Assembly (NCBI RefSeq): GCF_006345805.1
Contig: NC_043023.1
Coordinates: forward strand, 13,330,001 to 13,394,000
Length of the DNA stretch: 64,000 bases
Source: Octopus sinensis
Taxonomy: Eukaryota
Direction of reading: 5' to 3'
Part shown: positions 54,629 through 64,000 of the stretch, piece by piece
Layout: every line of letters begins with the position of its first letter
Numbering within the stretch: position 1 is the stretch's first letter
Notes under the pieces: model-generated
Databases searched by the model: none
Told to the model about the DNA's origin: nothing
The model's input: the letters and a program-made list of their open reading frames with translations, nothing else
Position numbers and translations under genes: made by a program

Positions 54629-57039
54629 ACACACACATATATGTATATATCATCATCATCATCGTTTAATGTCCGTTTTCCGCGCTAGCACGGGTTGGGT
54701 GGTTTGACCGGGGTCTGGGAAGTCACGAGGCTGCACCAGGCTCCAGTCTGATCTGGCAGTGTTTCTACAGCTGGATGCCCTTCCTAACGCCAACCACTCC
54801 GCGAGTGTAGTGGGTGCTTTTTACGTGCCACCGGCACAGAAACCAGTGAAGGTGGCGCTGGCATCGGCCACGATTTGGATGGTGCTTTTTACATGCCACC
54901 GGCACAGAAGCCAGTCAAAGCAGTGCTGGCATCGGCCACGATTTGGATGGTGCTTTTTACGTGCCACCTGCACGGAAGCCAATCAAGGCGGCGCTGCCAT
55001 CAGCCACGTTCAGATTGTGCTTTTTACGTGCCACTGGCACAGGGGATCACAACTGCAGTTTCCATTGATTTTGATGGTGTCCTTGACTCAATGGATCTCC
55101 TCAAGCACAGGGTCGAAACGGTGTTTCTTCACTTGCCACCTTCACAGGAGTCAGTCCAGCGGTCCTGGCAAATGCCGGGTGCCACACATATATATTTGTA
55201 TATATATATATATATATATATATCATCAACATCATCGTTTAACGTCTGTTCTCCATGCTAGCATGGGTTGGATGGTTTGACCGGGGATCTGGGAAGCCAG
55301 GAGGCTGCACCAGGCTCCAGTCTGATCTGGCAATGTTTCTACAGCTGGATGCCCTTATACACACATATGTATGTATATATGTATACATATACATGTACAT
55401 ATATAATATATACACACACACACATATATATATATAGGTACATACATACATACATACACACACACACCACATATATATTAGGCTCCCACACAGTTTCCAG
55501 CTACAGACTCAAAATTCATTTATGTGCTTCTTGTGAATGCAAATGTGTGTGTCCGTGTGTCCATACATCTTACCCGCCTCTCTCAAGGTAAATGGCCCTT
55601 GCGGCCAATTCCTGAACTCCCAACAAGACGAGAGGGTGAAGACGAATACCACACATCCCTTTCATAGACCTCCACCCCCACAAAAAAAACCCCTAACGGA
55701 TCTTACCTAAAGCCAGCAGCTGTTCGTCGAGGATAGATGCTCCCACGGGGGTGGTCGTTGAAGCCAAGTTGGCCTTCGTCTTGTTGGGGGACTGCGTCGT
55801 CTGGTCAAAGCCCAGGTCGAGCAATGTGTGGTTTGTACCAAAGTCTGCAAAAGAAAAATTGCTAAGGATCAATAACATCATCACCATTATCATCATCATC
55901 ATCATCATCACAATACGGATACCTTTTACTGCAGCCATGCTGGAGCACTGCATCAAAGAATTTGGGTTCAATGAATCGATGCCACACCCACAGGAATTAA
56001 TTTTATTTTTTCAAGCCTGGTACTTATTCTGTCAATTCCTTCTGCTGAACTGCTAAGTTACAGGGATGTAAACAAACCAACATCAGTTTTTCAAGTGGTA
56101 ATGGAGGACAAACACATAGAAAAAACAAAGACACATACACACACACATAATATATATATATATATATATGTGGAGGTGCAATGGGCCAGTGGTTAGGGCA
56201 GCGGACTCGCGGTCGTAGGATCGCGGTTTCGATTCCCAGGCCGGGCGTTGTGAGTGTTTATTGAGCAAAAACACCTAAAGCTCCACGAGGCTCCGGCAGG
56301 GGGTGGTGGCGATCCCTGCTGTACTCTTTCACCATTCTTTTTCCCACTCTTTCTTCTGTTGGCCTGCTCGCTTAGCCAGTGGGGTGACGTCATTCGAAGG
56401 CTAAAACAATGCGAAGCGCATTGTGACCAGCGATGTGTAACAACATCTCATGGTCTGGTCGCTCACATGATCACGTGATATATATATATATATATATATA
56501 CTTTGTTAATAAAGGAAATGGAAGAGAGGCAGCAGTGAAAGAAGAAAGGGGGATGAGGGAGAAGGGATAGGTTGAGAGGGGATGTGGTGAAAGGGGGAGA
56601 GGGGAGAGATGGGGTGGTAGAGAGGAGGAGGGGGGAGAAGAGAAAGGAAGAGAGACGAGGAGAGAGGAGAGAAGGAAGGGCAGAGAGTCGGGAGAGGAGG
56701 AGAGGGAAGAGATGGAAGGGCAGAGAGTTGGGAGAGGGGGGAGAGGAGGAGGAGGAGAGAGAGGAGAAGGGGCAGGCATAGAGAGAGATAGAGAGAGAAA
56801 GGGTGACTTGAAAGAAGTGATGGATGCATGTCGATGCTGTGCACCACCCTGCCCTCCACTGCTCCATCTCTGCCCCCTATAACTGCAGATGTAAATCTGA
56901 GGAACTGCTCACTTACCACTGGAGCCTTCCACCTTCAATTTATACTGATTCATCACCTTCATCACCTCATCGTTGGCTTTCAGGATATCGGCTGCAAATA
57001 ATAATAATAACAATAATAATAATAATAACAGTAATAATA

Positions 57040-57072
<33 letters not shown>

Positions 57073-59232
57073 ATAATAATAATAAAAGTGTTATCATGTA
57101 CATTATTTTGTCTTGGTATAAAAGATGGGCTACACCAAATATTCTGCTCAATACCTATTTCTTTATTACCCGCAAAGGGCTATACATAGAGGGGACAAAC
57201 AAGGACAGACATAGGTATTAATTCGATTACATCGACCCCAGTGCGTAACTTGTACTTAATTTATCGACCCCGAAAGGATGAAAGGCAAAGTCGACCTCGG
57301 CGGAATTTGAACTCAGAACGTAATGGCAGTCGAAATAGGGCTACACATTTCGCCCGGTGTGCTAATGTTTCTGCCAGCTCGCCGCCTTCTGCTCAATACC
57401 ACAGATTTGCTTGTCAGTTGTTTGACCTTAACCAGTTGAGCATATCCCTTGCTGGCTGATGATATGTGCATCTCTGATCACGAGCAGAAGTAGTGGGAGA
57501 ACATCATAGCCATGTGTTGAGAGAAATTCTTTGGGGTTTGAATAATTCACTTCTGGAAACAAGGTTGTCTCATTCAATATCCTTAAACAACCCTTATTCA
57601 GGGACCTTTTGAGCAGAATGGGCTACTCGACCAGAAGAAAATTCTAACTGGGCCCCACCTGCAAGGTCATGTGCTGTTTATCTTGATATGAAATCCCCAT
57701 GTCGCGCACATATGGTTGTGATGCATGTGCCTAGTGTACCCTTATCAAACAGGTAGTCATGATGGGTATACTGGGCTTCGTATATTTTACCCCAGGGTCA
57801 CTTTGATGGCATGCACTGCTCTCTCATTCAATAATAATAATAATCTTTTCTACATAGGCAGAAGGCATGATATTTTACGGGAGAGTTAAGTTGATTACAT
57901 CTACCCTGAAAAGATGGATTTTAACAGGATTTGAACTCAGAATATAAAGACCAATCAAATACCACTATTTTGTCTGTCATGCTAATGATTCGGCCTGAAA
58001 AAAATATGGGATGGTCACGGCTGGACCATCTTTGATCATTGGTCAGTCTGGATCAGGACTGACCTGGGGCTAAACAACAACTAATACTAACTACTATATT
58101 TTAGATAATGTAGTCCTAGATACACTATGCCTGAATGAATGATGGGATGGTCACAGCTGGAACATCCTTGATCATAGGTCTGTTTGGATCAGGACTGACC
58201 TAGGGCTAAACAACAACAGTTATAGCCACTAATACTAACTACTACACATTAGATAATGTAGTCCTAGATACACTATGCCTGAATGAAAGATGGGATGGTC
58301 ACAGCTGGAACGTCTTTGATCATAGGTCTGTCCACTCCCTCAACTTACCAATTCCATCGTTATCCTGTTCATCTGTATCACTTGCCAACCGGAATAAATT
58401 TGGCCGCAGCTTCTCCAAAGTCTCGTAAAGTTCCTGAAATTAAAACACAAGAGAACCCTTGTTAACACTTTTGATACCGACCCTCCCCTTGAGAGCAGCC
58501 CTAGTTCTGTAATATAAACTTCCCCTTTAAAAGGTACTAGCTTAACCTTCATCATCATCATCATCGTTTAGCATCCGCTTTCCATGCTAGCATGGGTTGA
58601 ACGATTCAACTGGGGTCAAGGAAGCCAGGAGGCTGCGCCAGGCCCAGTCTGATCTGGCAGTGTTTCTACAGCTGGATGCCTTTCCTAACGCCAACCACTC
58701 CATGATTGTAGTGGGTGCTTTTTACATGCCACCAGCACAGGTGCCAGGCGAGGCTGGCAACGGCCACGATCGGATGGTGCTTTTTATGTGCCACCGGCAT
58801 GGGGGCCAGGCGAGGCTGGCAAACGGCCACGATCGGATGGTGCTTTTTACGTGCCACTGGCACGGGGACCAGCATTCAAATTTCCCAGTCAAATGTGATA
58901 CTTATTTATTTACATTGTATTGGTGTTGTGCTAGTAGAGTGCTAAGAGCACCATCCGAGCATGATCATTGCCAGAGCGGCTAACTGGCACCTGTGCTGGT
59001 GGCATGTGTAAAAAGATTCAAGCGAGGTCATTGCCAGTACTACCTGACTGGCCCCTGTGCCAGTGGCATGTAAAAAGCACCCACTACACTCTCGGAGTTA
59101 GGAAGGGCATCCAGCTGTAGAAACCATGCCAGATCAGACTGGGGCCTGGTGCAGCTCTCCAGCTTGCCAGGTCTGGCCAAACCGTCCACTTCATGCCAGA
59201 ATGGATAATAAACGTTAAATGATTATACATAC

Positions 59233-59283
<51 letters not shown>

Positions 59284-60253
59284 TATATATATATACTATA
59301 ATGCCAGGGGCATGTGTAAAGAGATTCGAGTGAGATCGTTGCCAGTACCGCCCGCCTGACTGGCCCCGTGCCGGTGGCATGTAAAAAGCACCCACTACAC
59401 TCTCGGATTGGTTGGCGTAAGGAAGGGCATCCAGTTTAGAAAAAATTTTGCCAGATCAAGACTGAAGCCTGGTGCAGCCATCTGGTTCGCCAGACCTCAG
59501 TCAAATCGTCCAACCCATGCTAGCATGAAAAGCGGACGTTAAATAATGATGATGATGATGATGGCTTAACTTGTAGCTCGGAGATTACGCATGATCATAA
59601 CCGTAGTCATGGCTGATGCTGGTGTCACGTAACTGGTACCTGTGCTGGTGGCACATAAAGAGCACCTTTTGAGTGTTGGAGGCACAAAGGGTGAATTTAT
59701 TTATTCTCTCTTTATTTCCTCATATTCCTTTCTGTTGAAGAGTGTAGGCTCGAAACGTAAAAGACTTTCTCACTTTCCCGAGCGTCAAACTAATACACCT
59801 GCTTATTGTTTATATACCTGTCTTCATGTTTAGTTTTTCTGTAAATTTCAACTATATACATATATATATGTATGTATGTATATATATATATTGTTATAGA
59901 GTTTGATTTGAAAACCCCACTAGAATGGGAGAAAGCGCTAATGATCTAAGTGATATGATATATATATATAAAAAATGTAATATATAAATAAATATCTGTA
60001 AATATAAACCATCCGATTTTCTGAGTACCTCATTTCTTCTAATATATATATATATGTACATATATATATATACATACACACACACACATATATATACATA
60101 TATATACACACATATATATACATACACACACATACATATACACACACACATATATAAAGATACACATACATATATACACACACACACACAAATATATATA
60201 TATATATATATACACATATATATATATATATATACATACACACACACATATAT

Positions 60254-60286
<33 letters not shown>

Positions 60287-63067
60287 ACACACAAAATGGG
60301 TATCCCCACATTCGCCGTCTGTGATCCAGGGCTATAGCAGAAAAGATGACATTGTCACATCAAGAACATCTTTGACCACAGGTCTGCTGGATCAAGACCT
60401 GGGGTTAAACAAGAACACAACAGACAGTCACCTTCAAAGACAACATATCGCACGACACCCCACCACCACCTCTACACCCAATAGAACATCTCAAGGCGCC
60501 ACCTACCTTCATGGTGTCGCGGTCACTCTGCGACGCCGACTCAGTGCCGTAGTGTTCCAACATTTCCGACAACACGCTCACGTTGTTGTTGATTGTCTCC
60601 AGCTCGGACACCCGCTTCGAGATTTTGTCAATCCGGTCAGCATCCTGGAAGAGGTCAGAGGTCAAAGGTCAGGTCACGATAAACACATCGACTGACAAAC
60701 ATCACATACACACACAATACACACACGCATAATATGTATATATATTTTTTATCTTTCACTTATTTCAGAAATTAGACTGTGGCCAGAATAATCATCATCA
60801 TCATCATCATCGTTTAACGTCCGCTTTCCATGCTAGCATGGGTTGGACGGTTCAACTGGGGTCTGGGGAGCCCGAAGGCTGCACCAGGCCAGTCAGATCT
60901 GGCAGTGTTTCTACAGCTGGATGCCCTTCCTAACGCCAACATAATAATAATAATAATCTTTTCTACTATAAGCACAAGGCCTGGAATTTTGGGGGAGGGG
61001 AACTAGACGATTACAACGACCCCAGTGCGTAACTGGTACTTAATTTGTCAACCCCGAAAGGATGAAAGGCAAAGTTGACCTCGGCGGAATTTGAACTCAC
61101 AACGTAACGGCAGACGAAATACCTATTTCTTTACTACCCACAAGGGGCTAAACACAGAGGGGACAAACAAGGACAGACAGAGATATTAAGTCGATTACAT
61201 CGACCCCAGTGAGTAACTGGTACTTAATTTATCGACCCCAAAAGGATGAAAGGCAAAGTCGACCTTGGTGGAATTTGAACTCAGAACGTAACGGCAGACG
61301 AAATACCTATTTCTTCACTACCCACAAGAGGCTTAAACACAGAGGGGACAAACAAGGACAGACAAAGGTATTAAGTCGATTACATCGACCCCAGTGAGTA
61401 ACTGGTACTTAATTTATCGACCCCCCGAAAGGATGAAAGGTAAAGTTGACCTCGGCGGAATTTGAACTCAGAACGTAACGGCAGACGAAATACCTATTTC
61501 TTTACTACCCACAAAGGGCTAAACACAGAGGGGACAAACAAGGACAGACAAAGGTATTAAGTCGATTACATCGACCCCAGTGAGTAACTGGTACTTAATT
61601 TATCGACCCTGAAAGGATGAAAGGCAAAGTCGACCTTGGTGGAATTTGAACTCAGAACGTAATGGAAGACGAAATACCTATTTCTTTACTACCCACAAGA
61701 GGCTTAAACACAGAGGGGACAAACAAGGACAGACAAAGGTATTAAGTCGATTACATCGACCCCAGTGAGTAACTGGTACTTAATTTATCGACCCCGAAAG
61801 GATGAAAGGCAAAGTCGACCTTGGTGGAATTTGAACTCAGAACGTAATGGAAGACGAAATACCTATTTCTTTACTACCCACAAGAGGCTTAAACACAGAG
61901 GGGACAAACAAGGACAGACAGAGGTATTAAGTCGATTACATCGACCCCAGTGAGTAACTGGTACTTAATTTATCGACCCTGAAAGGATGAAAGGCAAAGT
62001 CGACCTTGGTGGAATTTGAACTCAGAACGTAGCGGCAAATACCGCTAAGCATTTCACCCGGCGTGCCGACAATTCTGCCAGTTCGCCGCCTTAAAAATAA
62101 TAATAATAATCCTTTCTGCTAGGGGTACAAGGCATGAAATTTTGGAGGATGGGACCAGTTGATATTCATCGACCCCAGTGTTTCACTTGTACTTAATTTA
62201 TTGACCCCCCTGAAAGGATGAAAGGTAAAGTCAACCTCAGAAGAATTTGAACTCAGAATGTAGCGAAATACCGCTAAGCATTTTATCCTGTGTGCTAACA
62301 ATTCTGCCAGCTCACAGCCTTAATAATAATAATAATAATTCTTTCTACTAAAGGTACAAGGCCTAAAATTTTGGGGGAGAGGACCAGTTGATTACATCGA
62401 CCCCAGTGTTTCACTGGTACTTAATTTATTGACTCCAAAAGGATGTCAACTCTGGCAGAATCTGAACTCAGAATATTAGCGACAGGCAAAATACCTCTAA
62501 GCATTTCGTCTGGCGTGCTAACGGTTCTGCCAGCTCACCGCCTTAATAATACTAATAATAATAATAATCTCTATATATATAAAGTTGAAGTTGTCTGTGT
62601 ATGGCAGGTTTTGTAGCCTTCAACTAACACTGTCTCCTCCGAGACCCTGCGGTGCAGGTTGACCAAAATTGAGAGTATGATAGAAAAAGGCTTGCTCTTC
62701 ATTCCGTAGAAGATAAAATTCAAATCAGACCATGTTAACACCAAAAATTATTTACATCAAAAAGGTGCTTTTTTTCTATGAAAATCCCTATTTTTTAAGG
62801 ATTTTTTGACTGCTGTGTCGTCATTTTTCGGTGTATTTCAACCAGAAAAATGTTCACTTAAAGAGAATAACAAGCTACATAATGCAACATTTTTTATATT
62901 TCAAAAATTCCAATTCTAAAGGGTCGAAACAAACCCGAGCAACGCCAGGCGATACTGCTAGTAATAATAATAAAAATCCTGCTTACCTGCTGAACCATAT
63001 TTTTGATCAATCTGTTGGCTGCTTGGAGATCTTCAGGATTTTTACTCTTCAGTAGCCGAGACAGCAG
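37348..63067 (-). CDS. GGA: GGA-family ADP-ribosylation factor-binding clathrin adaptor (GGA1/GGA3-like); 12 coding exons, 5' (VHS) part outside the window
   Basis: The manually spliced model is open throughout, with GT-AG introns and matching phases 0,0,1,1,1,0,1,2,1,0,0. Recognisable segments: GAT (LLSRLLKSKNPEDLQAANRLIKNMV; ELETINNNVSVLSEML; DILKANDEV), hinge (SILDEQLLALGLSDP; EELDMLGKAML) and GAE ear (FQAAVPKMMKVKLQPPSATDLPSFNPILPPAAITQVMLLANP). Confidence 0.95.
37478..38218. mobile_element. Two tandem ~370-bp Helentron/HINE-like repeats
   Basis: Repeated aaagtttcatccgaatccatccagtggttcttgagatatc...gaaaacaatacct; the second copy ends in the hairpin ctccgcct-ttgctg-aggcggag. Confidence 0.55.
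39055..39165 (-). CDS. GGA: GGA exon, GAE domain (MMKVKLQPPSATDLPSFNPILPPAAITQVMLLANPLK)
   Basis: ttccag acceptor, gtaaaa donor, 111 nt, phase 0-0. Confidence 0.96.
40256..40419 (-). CDS. GGA: GGA exon, GAE domain (GATSSINAYEKDGLKIVIHF...FLFQAAVPK)
   Basis: tttcag acceptor, gtaaat donor, 164 nt, phase 1-0. Confidence 0.95.
40541..42207. mobile_element. Tandem array of piggyBac-like MITEs (six full ~252-bp units plus a partial one) in a GGA intron
   Basis: Units read TTAA-CCCTTTTGATACC...GGTAACAAAAGGG-TTAA plus the spacer aatatataatagagaaacaattc. TTAA starts at ~40689, 40940, 41192, 41445, 41697 and 41950. Confidence 0.75.
42373..43046 (-). CDS. GGA: GGA exon, Thr/Ser/Gly-rich hinge to start of the GAE region (...PKEPISLSDVFVPLESVEP)
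   Basis: tttcag acceptor, gtaaaa donor, 674 nt open, phase 2-1. Ends in the conserved LSDVFVPLESV motif. Confidence 0.9.
43183..45125 (-). repeat. SINE family 2 array (~7 units) interrupted by the HERO fragment
   Basis: Five units to 44027, resuming at 44686 within the same unit. Confidence 0.88.
44028..44685 (-). mobile_element. HERO/NeSL-type (restriction-like endonuclease) non-LTR retrotransposon 3' fragment
   Basis: IVELTVPHEDNMDAARARKLNRYENL...FPIEVGCREFV...ASHWIWLKR matches the RLE C-terminal pattern. The 3' UTR holds a ~158-bp tandem duplication. Confidence 0.75.
45325..46230. repeat. ~130-150-bp minisatellite (about 6-7 units); family also at ~57995-58332 and inverted at ~16920-17250
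   Basis: Repeated tagataatgtagtcctagatacactatgcctgaataaaagatgggatggtcacagctggaac. Confidence 0.9.
46244..46418 (-). CDS. GGA: GGA exon, hinge (APLKNKPQAFGSM...KKAMEELDMLGKAMLMQSLSKEKGQS)
   Basis: ttgcag acceptor, gtgagt donor, 175 nt, phase 1-2. ELDMLGKAML resembles the conserved GGA hinge helix. Confidence 0.9.
46470..47780. repeat. Cluster of RTE-3'UTR-derived repeats: three tandem ~275-bp copies and an oppositely oriented copy
   Basis: catcatcgtttagtgtccg...ggatgcccttcctaa units at ~46470, 46740 and 47025; reverse copy at ~47380-47780. Confidence 0.85.
47924..48122 (-). CDS. GGA: GGA exon, hinge (VEPSDKLSNVITAS...SGSFVS)
   Basis: Pyrimidine tract followed by an AAG acceptor (less common), gtaagg donor, 199 nt, phase 0-1 fitting both neighbours. 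Confidence 0.75.
48369..49620 (-). repeat. Seven tandem SINE family 1 head modules in a GGA intron
   Basis: Repeated gggcttctttcagtttccgtctacc...cactcctgcaccta units separated by (TA)n. Confidence 0.92.
50068..50825 (+). repeat. RTE-3'UTR repeat with an internal 67-bp minisatellite expansion (~8 units)
   Basis: ggtggcatgtaaaaagcacc at 50201, 50268 and onward. It produces the spurious repetitive ORFs at 49919-50850. Confidence 0.9.
51258..51577 (+). mobile_element. tRNA-derived SINE, head B plus tail Y
   Basis: GGCGCGTGGCTTAGTGG...CTCATGA...GAGTTCGATTCCC head, core tgtccttgagcaagacac, tail ending cgtcgtcgtaaccggcggagt. Confidence 0.8.
51670..51900 (+). mobile_element. Monomeric SINE family 2
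   Basis: ggcggcgagctggcagag (A-box-like)...gttcaaattcc (B box)...gcctttcatcctttcggggtcgataaattaag core...aaagaaata. It is inserted into a Penelope-like terminal repeat. Confidence 0.8.
52078..52415 (-). mobile_element. tRNA-derived SINE, head B plus tail Z
   Basis: Same head and core type as 51258, different 3' half. Confidence 0.75.
52491..52609 (-). CDS. GGA: GGA exon, hinge (GLSDPPDMKPVVASNQ...DIFGSVN)
   Basis: gttttag acceptor, gtaagt donor, 119 nt, phase 1-0. Completes the conserved LALGLSDP motif across the junction. Confidence 0.88.
52834..53810 (-). mobile_element. CR1/L2-type LINE 3' fragment split by an insertion at ~53331-53660
   Basis: KNLGILVDSSFSPSAQCVRAANKARGVLFFIRR | SFGMLTAAIFLPLNVTLVRPILEY...LERVQKLATRMV...AFSVRVADPWNKLP. 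Confidence 0.85.
53865..54200 (+). mobile_element. Degenerate RTE LINE C-terminal fragment
   Basis: GVWWCGHVLRRDDDRVLRRAVEFKGE* resembles the RTE motif RWxGHVxRR; ends in (CAT)n. Confidence 0.65.
55707..55844 (-). CDS. GGA: GGA exon, hinge (DFGTNHTLLDLGFDQ...SILDEQLLAL)
   Basis: ttttgcag acceptor, gtaaga donor, 138 nt, phase 1-1. Confidence 0.9.
   Translation of the reverse strand, partial: TLVQTTHCSTWALTRRRSPPTRRRPTWLQRPPPWEHLSSTNSCWL
56172..56478 (+). mobile_element. tRNA-derived SINE, head A plus tail X
   Basis: A second copy lies at ~16115-16415 (minus) and a tail fragment at ~10055-10160. Confidence 0.78.
56917..56991 (-). CDS. GGA: GGA exon, GAT C-terminus (ADILKANDEVMKVMNQYKLKVEGSS)
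   Basis: ttgcag acceptor preceded by an (ATT)n tract, gtaagt donor, 75 nt, phase 1-1. Confidence 0.93.
58349..58433 (-). CDS. GGA: GGA exon, GAT (ELYETLEKLRPNLFRLASDTDEQDNDGI); not in the ORF track
   Basis: tttcag acceptor, gtaagt donor, 85 nt, phase 0-1. Typical GAT LFRLASDT motif. Confidence 0.93.
59728..59763 (+). other. Degenerate hammerhead-like motif in a probable Penelope-type terminal repeat
   Basis: CTTT-CTGTTGA-A-GAGT gtag GCTC-GAAA-CG-TA-AAAG, with core A6 changed to U. A related copy lies on the minus strand at ~51957-51992. Confidence 0.45.
60507..60644 (-). CDS. GGA: GGA exon, GAT (DADRIDKISKRVSELETINNNVSVLSEMLEHYGTESASQSDRDTMK)
   Basis: ttccag acceptor, gtaggt donor, 138 nt, phase 0-0. 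Confidence 0.95.
60955..62545 (-). repeat. SINE family 2 array (~6 units) plus two variant-tail copies
   Basis: Unit starts at 61124, 61308, 61495, 61679 and 61864 (period 184-187). Confidence 0.9.
62568..62961 (+). mobile_element. Non-autonomous Helitron-like element
   Basis: A|TC start, 3' hairpin cccgagcaacgccagg, CTAG|T end. Confidence 0.7.
62987..63067 (-). CDS. GGA: GGA exon, GAT N-terminal helix (LLSRLLKSKNPEDLQAANRLIKNMVQQ)
   Basis: ttccag acceptor, gtaagc donor, 81 nt, phase 0-0. Confidence 0.95.
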
Positions 63068-64000
63068 CTGGAACAGACAAGAACAAAACATCACTATCAG
63101 GGTTTCAATCCCACTTCAAACCACAATGTGATCATCATCGCCATCATCATTTTAAGATCTACTTCTCTATGCTTGCTCAGGTCAGACGAGACTAGGTTCA
63201 GGCAGGGTTTTTTTGTTGTTTTTTGCCCCTATGGCTGAACAGGTTTCATGAGAAGGCTGGGAACAAACTACACCACTTGTACGATGGTGGTGCTCATTTA
63301 CAACTATCATGGAAATGTCAAGGTGGAAATAAACATAAAACTTTGGTTGATCCCAAGGTTTTGGAAGATACTAGCCCAAGGAGGTATGCAGTGGCTAGGA
63401 AGTGAACTTCCAAACCTCACGGTTATACAGCCAAGCCTGAACAGACGTGTGTGTGGGGTGCATGTGTATGCCTCTGTGTGTGGGTGTGTATGTGGGTGTG
63501 TGTGTGCATGCATGTGTGAATCTGTGTGTGGGAGTGTGCATGTCTGTGTGTGTATCTGTGTATGTCAGTGTGTATGTGTGTGTGTGTATCTATGTATGTC
63601 AGTGTGTATCTATGTATGTCAGTGTGTAAATAGTATGTGTAAATAGTTACATGTCAACCGATGCCTTATGTGTGAAATCAGTAGACAGAAACTGAAAACC
63701 ATTCCACCATTCCTCCACACACAAGTGCAGGCATGGCTGTGTGGTAAGAAGCTTGCTTCCCAACCACAAGGTTCTAGGTTCAGTTCCACAGCATAGCATC
63801 TCAGGCAAGTGTCTTCTACTACAGCTCCATGCCAACAAAAACCTTGAGAGTGGATTTGGTAGACAGAAACCGAGAGAAGCCCATAATATATGTTTGCGTG
63901 TATTTCCTGATGTTAACATCTCATGACAGTAGTAAATGAGTGTCACTGTCATCTAAGCAGTGTTGTTCATTTCCAATGTTTTGTGAAAAAAAAAAAACCT

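Noticed and set aside
63068-64000. Upstream GGA (VHS) exons
   Set aside because: No VHS-like peptide with splice sites was found; the region is microsatellite and old SINE sequence.

Overview
Eukaryotic, microsatellite- and retroelement-rich genomic DNA. The repeat landscape suggests a cephalopod, probably Octopus; this is inference, not a database result. One protein-coding gene is well supported: a GGA-family clathrin adaptor on the minus strand, with 12 coding exons from 63067 down to a stop at 37348-37350. All introns are GT-AG and the phases are consistent. The exons encode GAT, a long hinge and the GAE ear; the VHS exons were not found and presumably lie beyond base 64000. The rest is tRNA-derived SINEs (dispersed, shuffled and tandemly multimerised), LINE relics (RTE, BovB-like with a 5' inversion, CR1/L2, HERO-type), MITEs, non-autonomous Helitrons, minisatellites, a ~4.9 kb (ATT)n tract and a 100-N gap. 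The most notable non-genic signals are an intact minimal type I hammerhead ribozyme motif (33441-33483, minus) inside a 49-bp inverted repeat, further degenerate hammerhead-like motifs, a 209-nt hairpin family with compensatory changes, and SINE multimers sharing one junction at several loci. No prokaryote-type system (CRISPR, operon) is present.
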